Assembly (NCBI RefSeq): GCF_902459465.1
Contig: NC_047073.1
Coordinates: forward strand, 3,038,001-3,102,000
Length of the DNA: 64,000 bases
Direction of reading: 5' to 3'
DNA from: Asterias rubens
Taxonomy: Eukaryota
Shown: one piece after another, positions 39,937 to 52,065 of the stretch
How positions within the stretch are numbered: the stretch's first letter is position 1
Layout: each line of letters starts with the position of its first letter
Program-made: the position numbers and the translations under genes
Notes under the pieces: model-generated
What the model saw: only the letters and a program-made list of their open reading frames with translations
What the model was told of the DNA's origin: nothing
Databases searched by the model: none

Positions 39937-42900
39937 TCAGTCACACTTGCTGACGGGGAAGAATGATGCCACGTCCCTGTTGGCCTCAATGGGGTCCGTT
40001 GAGCCACACATGATGTAGCTGAAAAAAGAAGAAAAAAAAGTAAAGACATCACTAAATGTTCCAGTCTCACTCTGATCGTTTTGCCGATACAGCTAGATTT
40101 CCGCGTTAGGGTATATGACGTCCTTAGCAACAGCTGTAGATGTATACGCCAATTTAAATGCGGACATTTTAGTGTCGATCGTTGCCGCTGAGGCCATGTT
40201 TAATCCATACGACAGAAAGCATATGACTCAAAATGTTTATGATGAAGCCCGCTATGGGATCGTTAGTAACTGCACTACCGCGCAGTGAGTTCTTAAATAT
40301 GTCTCAACGTTTCAACTAGCTTGCTCTATGTCATCGTCAGGAGACAATACGCCTATAGTCAGAAGCTGCTGTTGTCTAAAAGTGGGTGTATTTTTTGATA
40401 AAATATAAAGATTAGTTTGCAGGTTCACCTTGTGAAGTCATGAGCGGAGTACACGTTGATTCTGTGGATGTAGAAATCAGGCCTGGTGAAGACGTCCCAC
40501 TCCCAGGGTTTATACCAGGCTGCGTCGTACTCCCAATCAAAGTACATACCGGTCAATGTACCCAGTGGGGACGAGGTAGCAGCCATATACATGTAGCTTT
40601 GGCCTGGTGTGAACTCCTGCACGGTTCTGGGTGGTGAAAAAAAAACTTGTGTAAAATGTGTTTTCGTGTATGGTGTTTCTACCAAACCTGCAATGAAGAT
40701 TCGAACCAGGGTCTGTTTTATGCAAGAGCCCAAAAACTAGGTTGAACGTAACTCTAGGCCCTTATAAGGGGTTACAAGAAGAACATAACTCAGTGAAGCT
40801 GAAGGTGATGAATTGCGATTCCTCTTAAACAGCTAAGTCTAAATGGATGGAGGGAAATATGCACGGAGTTCCAAAGAAATGCAGTACATCGATTAAAGAC
40901 ACTGGTCACTATTGGTAAAATTGTCGAAACTTACTGTGTAAGTTGGGTTCGTTCTTGGACGCCATCGGTGTTTATGAGTGTGACAAAGATGTGACCTTTG
41001 CCCTTTTCAGCTCTCCATGGGTCATCAAAGTGGATCTCAAACTTGTATTGAAAGCCTGAAATAATGGAGAGGTTTATCAATATTATTGATGATATGGATT
41101 TCATGTTTCAATCAAAGGTCTCATTAAAGGGGAAGGTTTTCTCTTGTACGTATAAAGGGGTATGATAGCAAAAAGCAATTTCAGTGATTACACGTCCTTA
41201 CCCCCTCCCCCCCCCCCCACAATCGAACCCAATAAAAAGCCAACTTAAACTCAATCGTCCGTTAGTAAGTATAATTGTGGATTGTCACACTTAACGCTAG
41301 GTGGCAGTATACTTCTAGGTATGCCCATTGCTTGTCATCTTGCATTCCATCCCAAAATTCTGCGTTCAACTTCCACTCACCGCAGAAAGGAGCAGCATCC
41401 GTCGTTCGCTGATAATAAACCAAATTTTTGGCGCCATCTGTTGGTTTGTAAAGATCCGCATGGAATCCCATCTCGGCAGTCTGATGCGTAAACACGCACG
41501 AACCCTCAATGAAATCCGCCTGGTAGTCGCCCTGACACTGGTACGCGTCGTGACACCGGTTGGCAATGGAGGACGTGAAGAACTCGTAGGCTCTGAGATG
41601 GTTACAGGCTACGAACTGGACACCACCTTGGGAAACAACCGCCAAAGTTCAATACAATAACAACATTGTTTTTCGTAATCAAATCCAAAAGTTCATAAAA
41701 TAAGAAATGTTTATCAAATTTTCTTGTTTAAACATAAGTCCATGTCCTCCGTTTTCTCGTTCTGCCCCCTCCCCAAACAAAAATAACCCTCAAACAACAC
41801 ACACACGCAAATGTGTAAACACCTGCTAATGTGGACCCGCCTTTGTTCAACTCTTTGTGATAGCAACCGTGAACCCATTGTATTCCTTTGTGACAGCAAC
41901 TGTGAAACCAAAAGAAACCATTGAATGTGGATACAACACCCCCCCCCTACCACACATACTGTAACTTGAACAAAGCTGCACTGCGGCTTCACCCGTGATT
42001 TCGAAAATACCCAATGTATTTCCTTTATAAATGCCTTTGTTTTACACAAACCTCTTCAATGGCACTTACCATCGACAAACCCGCCCTCAAGGGAAATCTG
42101 CTCCATTGCCGATTGATCGCAGCCGGGCTGATCGTTGCCGCCATTCACGTAGAAGTCCAAATGACCAGATGCTTGATAAATACCCATGCCTAAAGGTCGA
42201 TAATCGATTATCATTAAGCGAAGAGGAAATATTCAATATTGTGATTACCTCGTTAGGGCCGTTGATAGTACGAGGTAAAGTTCATAGTATCGCTCTGACT
42301 AAAGTAGGCTCTATTGTGCGTAACATGGGTTATGTTACCGTAGTGCCTTTTATTAATTTTATAAAGTTAGAAGCACTTTTGATTTCAACTTCCGGCGAAT
42401 GCGAAGCGAATATAGCTGACGCGTAGTATGCGCTCCTATTTCAAAGTTGTGGCGCAAGAAAATTTGCTTCTCATGAAGCATTCTAACTATTGTTATTATT
42501 ATTGATGGTTTATTAAAATTGAACTTGTAGCCAATAGCTAAATTGCGTTAATATATACATGTTATACAGTACAATATTTAAAAAAAATACATAAGGGAAT
42601 GCACAAAAGACGAATTGCAACATGCGTCATCGGCCGTCATCCTTGGTGAATGTGGACGCGTGAAGAGCCATCACTGGCTGAGAGTCGTGCGTAGCACGGA
42701 CACACTTTGAAATCCAAGTATGAACCGGTCTTAAATAGGGTAGGAAAAAATGTAGGTGCTTTGAAAACATTAATGTGGAAAACACTTAATTACTTACCTA
42801 GATTCCATATGGGGTTTGTGTCAGTGTGCATAACATCGACGAAGAGGGCGTCTGTCTCGTCTAGACGAACTCGTGGATCTGTCGCCTCATAGTACGGACC

Positions 42901-44513
42901 GGCAGGATCCAGACCTAAGTTATTATTAATATAAACACTTGTTTCCAATTTAATTCAATTCAATTCAACATTTATTTCATAGTTTACTATACTCTTCTCA
43001 AGATATAGTGTATACTAAATAGTACAAATATTACCAAAAGAACAAGCACATAGGATGGAGGGAAAGTAGGTAATCTATTATGTAGAACAAATTTAAAGTG
43101 AGTACGAGCAGTCAGATTAAGCAAATGCTTGTAGAAGGTATACTAGACAGACAAACTACAAACAAGCAGGTTTTATGCTAACACTTATTTTGAGTAATTA
43201 CCAATAGTGTACCGTACATTGCCTTTAATGTGAAACAATAAATGATAACGCTTACCGGTTATTCGACCGATGTCTGCCTGTCTTTCGCCAGCATAGCCCA
43301 CGATATGAGAGCCCAGACTGTGCCCAATAAGATGGAAGGAACTCACGCTGGTCAATCCGTAAAGTTCCTAGTGTATAACAACAGGTTTAGTTGGCAAAGT
43401 AAATCAACATTTAAGATATAAACTGCATTCAAAATGGGTTAAGTTTTCCTGTTACGAAGCATTTTGATGAGTTGAAAATGCCATGGTCCAGAATTTCATC
43501 TTCGACAGGGGGCGGGGCAGCCCTATATTATGAATCTTCCTGTGTGCTTAGGCCGTGCGTGCTTGAGGCGGGGGCAATAAGTTAAGTTTCTTTTTTAAAG
43601 GACACTGATTGAATTATTGAAAGATATTTAACATAAAAAATTATCGAATGTTTTTAAAGTAGCACTAAGGCCAACACCAGGGCAACATAGGCCATGAACT
43701 CAGTGTAATTCAGCCTGAAGGGCTATCGGATACACGGCACTTTTCCGGGGCAAGGCTCCCGGGAGATGTTAATACGTACCTTGATCAAATCAATAAGAAG
43801 TGACATTTCAGCACCAACCACTCTCGTGTTTGCAACCGCCACGGAGTAAAAAGCGAGCGAGCCATCACCCCAGTCGGTCCGAATCACGTTGTAATCCCCG
43901 TAGTTTAGAAGCTCCATCGACATATCCACTAACCACTGTTTATTCCCGTCCTCCGTGAAGCCATGGCAGATGATCTTGGTCTCTTTGGCTGGGTCGAAAT
44001 AGGAGCCCAACACCGTTGATCCATCGGTGTTGTCTAGGACTTGAGGGACTGATGGGTTCTTACGGGTGTTGAGGTAGAAGGTAGTGCCGATGGACTCCGG
44101 AGACTCGGGCAGGACGCTCACGCCACGATACGGGGGATCAAGGAACGGGTAGCCGGTACCGAAACACCCGAGCGAGCCGTAGCAAATCTCTTTCTCGGAG
44201 TTATCATTCCCGTTGAATACTCCTCCTAGATTTTGATATTTTAGAGAAGAGAATTGGAATGGAGTCGATGACATAGCGTAAGTTAGGCACATCATTGCGC
44301 AGGCACAGCATTGCGCAATGCCTGTATACCAAAACGTGCAATCAAAATAAGCCAACACAATGCGCAACACACATAGGCCTACCTTGTATAAAACATGAAG
44401 GTTTTTTTTAAAGAACAAAGATTCACTTTTTGTTGTCACTAGAAAAAGAGATTCCTGAACTTACCAAGAGCAACCTGTACTAAAAAAAGCAATACCAATG
44501 CAAGTGCACCCAT
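39937..44513 (-). CDS. Pancreatic lipase-related protein, copy B (lipase + PLAT), about 496 aa, 9 coding exons
   Basis: Exons 44465-44513, 43780-44225, 43256-43367, 42798-42914, 42070-42189, 41381-41626, 40935-41055, 40429-40626 and 39937-40018 total 1491 nt. It has a signal peptide, [21 protein letters not shown] and a 23-residue lid. Confidence 0.93.
40300..40346 (-). ncRNA. Minimal type I hammerhead ribozyme motif of Penelope-like-element type
   Basis: The minus strand reads UGUCUC CUGACGA U GACAUAG AGCAAG CUAGUU GAAAC GUU GAGACA. It has both core boxes, a 6-bp stem I, a stem II hairpin and a palindromic ACGU in place of stem III. Confidence 0.6.
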
Positions 44514-45289
44514 TGTGGCTTTATAGCAAGTGCGCCGCCACATTAACCAAAACAGTAACTGGCAACAAAGCATGGCGTTTATTATCGCTCTTATAAACAC
44601 TTCCCGTCCTAAATATCCATCTAAATATTACTTTTTGTAAATATTATTAATAAATGACCCAAGAACAATCGGATGAAAAGTAATTATAATTTCATAACAC
44701 TAAATACTATTAATTTGTTAAAGTGATTAATAATTGTGGTTTATTTCTGTTATCTTATTAGAATGACCTTAAAATAATCGGATGAAAAGTCCTTAAATAA
44801 GTAACACCGGGTAGTTTGTTTTCAAAATAATTATACATTTTATTTAGCAGGATTGCTTTGTGGATTTGTTTTCCCTGCAAAATATAGGGCTTTTAATTGT
44901 GAACGGTTTCTTAGAAACAAAATAAATTACATGAATCAGTATAACGCTATCCCTCTTGCAGACTGCGGAGACTCAAATCAAATGCACCCAATCAAAACCA
45001 AATCCTCTGCCAAACCCCACCCACGTCCAAACCAAACCCTCCTTAACCTATAACCCTCTTAAACCACACCCTTTTCCAAACCCAGCCCTTCTAAAAAACC
45101 TCACCGTCTTACAAAGCCTATCCTTTTCCAAACATCACCCTTTTCCAAACACCGTACCCCTCAACAAGCACCACTTACAAACCCGACCCTCTCCAAAAAA
45201 CCTAAACGTATTTCAAACCTCACCCTCTTTCAACCCCACCCTCATCCATACCCACCTGCATCCAAACCCCTCCCTCACCCATAAATCCC

Positions 45290-45537
45290 CCACATCCAAA
45301 CCCCAACCTCATCCAAGCCCCACCCTCATCCAAACCCCACCCTCATCCAAACCCCACCTTCATCCAAGCCCCACCTTCATCCAAACCCCACCCTCATCCA
45401 TACCCCACCCTCATCCAAACCCCACCTTCATCCAAACCCCACCCTCATCCAAACCCCACCCTCATACAAACCCCACCTTCATCCAAACCCCACCCTCATC
45501 CATACCCCACCCTCATCCAAACCCTACCCTCATCCAA
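45290..45537. repeat. 17-bp C-rich minisatellite (ATCCAAACCCCACCCTC)n, about 14 copies, with a degenerate left flank from about 44985
   Basis: The tandem unit is directly visible. Confidence 0.85.
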
Positions 45538-45719
45538 AATGACATTAAGTTGACGATGTTGTGACTGGTGTTTAAATCATTTTTGCGTATTTTGATATCA
45601 AAGAAATGGGCCCAGCAGTATTTTGTGCTTAACAGCTTTATGAAATTGGGCATAGGTCTCGATTGGAGATCAAAGTTCATAGGTTCATAGTCCATGAATA
45701 CTAATCATGAAAACAATCA

Positions 45720-47795
45720 TCAAAGCATAGCGCATGTGCCCTTTTTTGACGACGGGGCCGTTGGATGGGTGGAACTGGAATCTTTGAGGGGCGCCCTTTG
45801 CGACGTATTTGCAAGAGGTGCTGAGGGTTTCGTAGGTGGCGCCCTTCTTGTCACTGCAACTGTTTTTCCCGTGTGCTGTTTGGTTCTGTGCGTGGTTTTA
45901 GGTTTGGAAGATGGAATGACCTTCAGTTGACCTTTAGTAGGCTTTCGTCGTTGGTGTTGCACCACCCCCTGTGATTTCGTCGGCGCTTTCTGGGTTTAAA
46001 AAAACGAAACAGATTGTCCAATACCATCAAATAATATTTCTGTCTGTCATCAAACTATTTACAACACTATTTATTTTGACAAGGGACAAGTTTCTCCTTA
46101 CCTTTTTTGCGCAACAGAAAATGCTTGGAGTCGGCACTGTGGCGGTTTTGTCTGGCCTGACGAGAGATGATGGGGCCAAACACGGGACCTTTTCTTGCTG
46201 TGGTGTCGGGAAAAACTTCTTCGGTCCTCCAAAAACGTTTCTAAAGGAGTTGAAGTTATAATACCAAAGTTAAGAAGCTGACTGTTTTGTTTTGTTTTTC
46301 GAAAAAAGTGATAATTTCAAATTGTATTGTTCTCACCTTCTCGGGAAATAGGTACCCTTTGGGGAATCGGAAGGTAGCATCCAACCAGGCCGCTCCCCTT
46401 CGCTTTCCTTGTGAGTGTTGCTTGACATCGCAGAGGAACTCATCCAGTTGGGCTTGTCCCCTCCCGTGACGTCATGGGTACCTCCCATTATATAAAAGGG
46501 GGAAACTGGACCCTCTTCCCAAAGGGAACCAGGTATGTTGACATTTGAGGAGCCTTTGGCGGTTGCTGACAAGGGGTACAACAAGCTGGATTTATCCCCT
46601 CCGGTTTTCTCTTGTACACCCTTCGAGGTTGTGGATGAAGGCAGCCAAAATGGGACATCCAATCTGACGCCATCTTTAGTCCCCCTGATGGAAGAGTCAG
46701 AAGGAGCCGTCCTAACGGGCCTACTGCTCCCTTCTGTGTCACCCGGTGTGTCTTTGAGTGTTTTAATGGATGGGTACATCAAACTTGTCTTGGTGGTAGC
46801 CCCTTCAGGGACCCCTCTGAAGGAGGTAAATGTACTTGACTGGGATTCGCAAGTGTGTCTGTTCTCTACTGCCTTTTCGTGTGTGTCTTTTGAGACGATG
46901 GTCGAGGGAAACAGCCAATTGGGCTGACGAGTGGAGGTCCTGGTTGATTGTGATGGGAAGTTTGGTTTATCCCCTTCGCATAGTCCAAGTGTGCCGTTGC
47001 AGGGTTTAAATGGGTCCATGCAACCGGGTCCTTCCCGCCCGGGTACTCCTCTGATACCTTCAGAAGCAGCTAAAGGGTCCATCCAGCCCGGTGTGCCTCC
47101 TCCAAATAAGTCCTGATCCCGGGTACATCTCCTATTGGTTGGGGTCATCCACTCGGGTAACACCCGATCCGGTAGTTCCTTGGTGCTCTGGAAGCGATGC
47201 ATACCTGGGCGTGTCTTCTCACCGTCAGTGCCACCTTCTTTGTAGGACGCTGTATGCTGATTTACAGGTTGTTGTTCAACAGGGTAAATAAAATCATCCT
47301 CACCAAAAAATAATCTGGGGAAATAAATTGTACACAATATGAATATAGCCTAAAATGCTCATGTTTTATAAGCTACGAATAAAAGCAGTTCATGGATGCT
47401 GGTACAAACCCCTGCCTATCTTCAAAAAGTCAAAAGGTTTAAGTGATCTTGGGTGGTTTTGTTATCGGTAGATTACCAATTTTTCTGCTTTTGCTGGGCC
47501 AAATTTCATAGCGCTGCTTAAAACGGTATGCAATCTTTCGTGCTAACTGTAGCAGAAAAATGTGCTTAATGGAACGATGTTCCTTTAAAAATCACCCTTG
47601 TGCTATTTCGTATTTCCAAGAGTTTTGTGAAATTTAATTGAATGAGTATGATTATGGTTGCTCACTTTGTTGACTTCTGATTAGTTTTTACGGATCGGGG
47701 TATCCAGCTTTGCCGATCCTCCCTATCGGCCGAGACCGGGGAGTTAAACCATTTGCCCCCAGTGCCATTCATTAGCTTCACAGTCAGTCCACTTT
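45720..47795 (-). CDS. Uncharacterised low-complexity protein with degenerate G-x-[KR]-P-x-W-[ML]-x-P repeats and a basic C-terminus; N-terminus unresolved
   Basis: Four consecutive open, phase-compatible GT-AG exons: 47666-47795, 46337-47314, 46102-46240 and 45720-45989. Possible start at ATG 47772 (about 497 aa) or in an upstream exon near 48534-48552. I recognise no family motif. Confidence 0.65.
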
Positions 47796-48080
47796 CTTTG
47801 AACTATGTCCGTGGTTCTACTAGATTAAAAAAAACAATACTTATTTTGTATCTGAAAACCTAACGCTGTCTTTCAGTTGACAGTTGGTATTAGGTTGGTT
47901 CTACTCCTGCTGGTAGTTCGTCAGTCTTTGTTTACACCAACGATGTCTGACGTCATATACATGAACTAAGGCAGTAGTCGTGTGGTAAAGGTATTGTAAT
48001 ATTGAGATTCATTCTGAATTGAGGATCAGCATTAAATTAATACATCTTAATATGCACGAAGGGTGTTTTGTTAACTTCCA

Positions 48081-48407
48081 GAACACGTTGCCTTGGATCG
48101 GTCGAGTTGATCTTTGGAAAGTTTTTGTAATCGTTTGTTATAAAATGCATTTGGTTAGAAAGATGTTTTAAAAGTAGAATACAATCCACACGCATTTGCC
48201 TCGAACTAACATGGTCGGCCATTTATGGTAGTCAAGTTGTTTGTGAACGAGGTAAAAGGAAAACCACGCAATTTCGAGTGGTACTTGTATGGATAAGTAT
48301 ATTCTACTTTTAAAATATCTTTCTAATCATAATACGCATTTTATAACAAGGTTACAAACGCTTTTTAAAGACCAACTCGACCGATCCAAGGCAACGTGTT
48401 CCTTTAA
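48081..48407. mobile_element. R2 family MITE with a central deletion
   Basis: Same TIRs as 26648-27049 with the centre shortened. Confidence 0.8.
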
Positions 48408-48859
48408 GGCAATTTCGTTTTTCCTTTATAAACAGCACATGAGGAAAATTACATGAAATTTTGCAATGGATTATTACAAGGGGCAGTACAAGGCGATGAT
48501 TGAGGTGCATGTAGGCAACCGCCTCTGGTATACCTCCAGAAGTTTCAAGCATATATATCTTGTCCAAACAACAGAGGGTCGACAGTAAAGTAGAACGAGC
48601 TCAAGTCTCAATGGCTACCGTTCCCGTAATGGGTTTGACTTAATTTGACAAACTTACTTTATTTTCTCCAACTATCTTGTTGTCATCAGATGAAATCCGT
48701 CTGCTCGTTTGTCACAGCTTAACATTTTCAAATCGAGCATTTCCAAGCATTTGGTTTGTTGTTTTCAGAGAAATAGTTCAATCTTCCGTTGTGTTGTCAG
48801 TTTGCGCGTGTTAAAGCGCTCGTCGTGAAGGGTTTTGAATCACGAGCTTCAGAACATTA

Positions 48860-48891
48860 TGACGTCACTAGGCGCTTGTAAAGTGACGTAA
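48860..48891. promoter_or_regulatory. CRE (TGACGTCA) plus TGACGTAA variant upstream of the orphan gene
   Basis: TGACGTCA at 48860-48867 and TGACGTAA at 48884-48891 lie just upstream of a putative non-coding first exon that ends in a GTAAG donor near 48657. Confidence 0.35.
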
Positions 48892-49587
48892 TGGCCACAC
48901 GTGCCCGGCCCAAGCGCAAAAAATGTGCTCACAGGATGCGATGGGGGGAGGGGGGGGGGCGGGTACGATGCAGATCACTGTGCGATACGCCTTTATACAT
49001 GAGGACGTCCAAGTTTCGCGAGGGGGTCCCGCTAGCGGTTCTTTCCCAGTCGCGTTTATACCCGGTTCAATGTTTTCCAGTTTTGCGCGGGTCACACTTA
49101 TACAGTGGTCCTTTCCCCGTTTCGCGGTTTGATTTCCCCGTTCAGTTTCATACTTTCCTGTCCCATATCCCATACCATGATAGTCCCTTTTCATTTTTTC
49201 ATATTCCTACCCCAGCCATTTTCATTTTCCCCGTCTTTTTTTGTTTTTTTGTTTTAGCCGTTCGACGCACCACTGTGTGCCTCTCCTCCTGATCCTCTCC
49301 CCGTGTCAATTCTAACTCGTGGCGGATTCAATCCCCGTCCATACAAAATGCACTGTTCACCTTCATTCATTTCACACAGTCGAATCTTACTTACCAACAT
49401 TACATGCAAGTTCATAAGGACACTGTATGTAGACAAACGAAATAAAGCTATGTTTTGATTGGTCCGAGGTGATGTTTGCCAGTTGCACTCACATCATCCC
49501 AGACCAATCAAATCACAGATATTTAAAGGAACGTCACTGCCCGTTGTATCCAATGAAATAATTGGTTCTAAAAAGCAAGTACTCAAT

Positions 49588-49738
49588 GGGTGCGTTCGTT
49601 TAGCTTCCCTGGGTCGACCCCGGTGTGTGGCGGGTTTTTTCCAGGACGAACGTGGGTAATTATCTGCAGACGTTCGTCCTGGAAAAAAAAACCGCCACAC
49701 ACCGGGGTCGACCCAGGGAAGCTAAACGAAGGCACCCT
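49588..49738. mobile_element. R3 family: palindromic MITE of about 150 bp (GGGTGCGTTCG ends, Harbinger-like)
   Basis: Near-perfect palindrome; a second copy lies at 54147-54300. Confidence 0.75.
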
Positions 49739-51105
49739 ATGTCTTGTTGTTGCGGATAAAGACAAGGGACCAGTGAGTCTACAGGTGCATTTGTTTTGTA
49801 TGGATGGGTATTGACCTAGGCTAGAGGCCACGCTCTCTGGTGAAACATGCTGAACCCAAGCAAACCGTGTTTGGAATGAGAAATAAACATCGTTTGCTTT
49901 TGCAAGTAATTTTTCCGTTACTAAAAAAACAACTGATAGTTTATTTTAAAATCAAAGGTGGTGGCATAAATTCACACAAGCAATAATATTTATTCGTTGT
50001 TTCAACAATATGAGTAGGTGTTAAAGTACACCTCGTCATGACCTCGTATCCAAACATTGTTATTGTTTTCCCGTAGCAGGCATATCGACAAATCATTTCT
50101 AACTTATTGCCACTAACCGGTGTCCTAGGGAATTCTGCCCGCCGGAAGTTCTACTTCCAGTTGGAAATTAACATGGGCTGGAGGAGGAGGATTCAAAAGA
50201 GGGCGCTATCACAAGAAGATTGTACAGAGCTGTGTATTGAGAGAGTTGCGACATGGAGGGAACAGTTTTCTTTGATCACGTGGTTGCTGGGCGCCGTTTT
50301 GTCCCCAAACGCAGCACGACCCAATGGGCAGACTAGTCTGGCACCCCGTGTTCGCCCATGCGTTTCTTTCGGGGAACAAAATGGCTTCTAATCGCAAAGT
50401 GTCGTAACTCTCCCAATATACGGCTCTGAGTTTGTACACACGTTTGCCGTATTGAGTTGGGGGGGGGGCAATGGCTTGATTGGACAAGGTGTACTTTAAC
50501 CTCTAATACGGGCATTATGAATCATATCCTGCTCTAAGTGATTTCACAGGATACACTGATTACATACAAGTCTGTTGGCCGGTTTGGATCACTTACTGTA
50601 CGGAGGCTACGTACCTTTCGCTATCACCTATTAGAAAGCAACATTATATGTTTTCGAAACCCGATAATGCTGATCGAAAAAATCGACAGCTTCTTATGAT
50701 GTACCTGATCTATTATACAGAATATGAATTTCGAGTTCTGTATTCATAATTTCATTGAGTTGAGTTGCAGAACCATTTCATTATTTATTAACAAATAATT
50801 ATTTTGTATTCGAGGATAATATTATGAAAAATATCTCAATACGAAATGAGGATTATTTTGTCTGGTATTATGAAGTTTGTAAGAAGAGAACTCTTAAATT
50901 ATGTCGACGACTTAACTCAGAATGGTTTTACAATAACGTTTCCAGTGGGTTGGTGAAGGGTACAATATTGTTCAAGAAGAATGACAATAACTCTTTAAAA
51001 CCAAGAAGTTGTCATCACTTATATATAAACAAGAGAGGGCTTCGACAGAATTAAACTCAAACCACCAGGTCGATATCAATATACAATAGAGCTTTGGATT
51101 AAACT

Positions 51106-51152
51106 CTGACTATAAAGACAACTAACAAGTTGTTAGTTGTCTTTATAGTCAG
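51106..51152. repeat. Perfect 47-bp palindrome (23-bp arms, 1-nt spacer)
   Basis: CTGACTATAAAGACAACTAACAA G TTGTTAGTTGTCTTTATAGTCAG. Confidence 0.9.
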
Positions 51153-52065
51153 GAAGTACTCCCAAAATGAACTACATGAACTTTTCATTTTAGTAGTTTT
51201 CATGTTTTTCGTTCTTCTAGCACGAAGTATGATATTTATTGAAGAAAATTAATGTATTCTATAATTACTACTTTAAATTCTATAACAAGAAGTTGACTTT
51301 TGTCCACAAAACCACAAGTATAAATTGGACAATAATTTTGAAATGAAGCTCAGTGTTGATTTTAAATGTGTTATTATTAGTAATATTTGCTAACTCTTTT
51401 AGCTCGATATAGCAAAACCGTTTTTCCTTCACTTTCATGGTACTGCAAGCTTTGCTTCTAAGAAGTGCACGATGCCCAAACTCAAACTTAAACTATAAGT
51501 AATTAAGGACTCGTCGAGATAACCAAACGTGGCTCCGAGGAATGGCAAAATGCTTTTTTAATTTTCTACACAAAATAGCAATAAAAATGAGAACGCTTCA
51601 CAATTAAAATACATATACGTTTTTGGAGATGCACCAAATTCGAACTTTCTGTCGATTTCGCGCTAAACGAAGTATTAAGCATGGTTTTGCTCGTATGGCT
51701 GAACTTTTCTCAAACGTTTTTATCGTTGAAGTTTCGACCTGCTTTGTAGCATTTTCCTTTTGAACTATTTGCGATAACTTTATTAAAGCTGCCAATCCGT
51801 TGTTCTACGTAGTTTGGTTCAGCAAAACAGTGACTCATTCGAGTGACAGCTTCTGAAATGGAAGTTGCTCATTTGAGGTGCTCCATTCCGTCCATTGATT
51901 TACATACGGTGCAGTAATATCGTCCATCATAACACAAAATATTCAACAAGCTGACTACATTACAATGAGGAAGTTTATAGAATATTGATGACAATATTTG
52001 GAACGGAATATGCTGGATTCATGTTTCTTTGAACAAGTATCTCTTCGTGTGTTTGCTACAAAAAT

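Noticed and set aside
44226-44439. N-terminal part of the 238-aa ORF 43723-44439
   Set aside because: This is intronic read-through. The real signal-peptide exon is 44465-44513 and the acceptor is at 44226.
44956-45564. 202-aa Pro/His-rich ORF on the + strand
   Set aside because: It is a translation of the 17-bp minisatellite, which lacks stops on the C-rich strand; there is no splice or codon evidence for a gene.
50107-50515. Overlapping 60-94 aa ORFs in a GC-richer patch
   Set aside because: They have no recognisable motif and no convincing in-phase splice partners.
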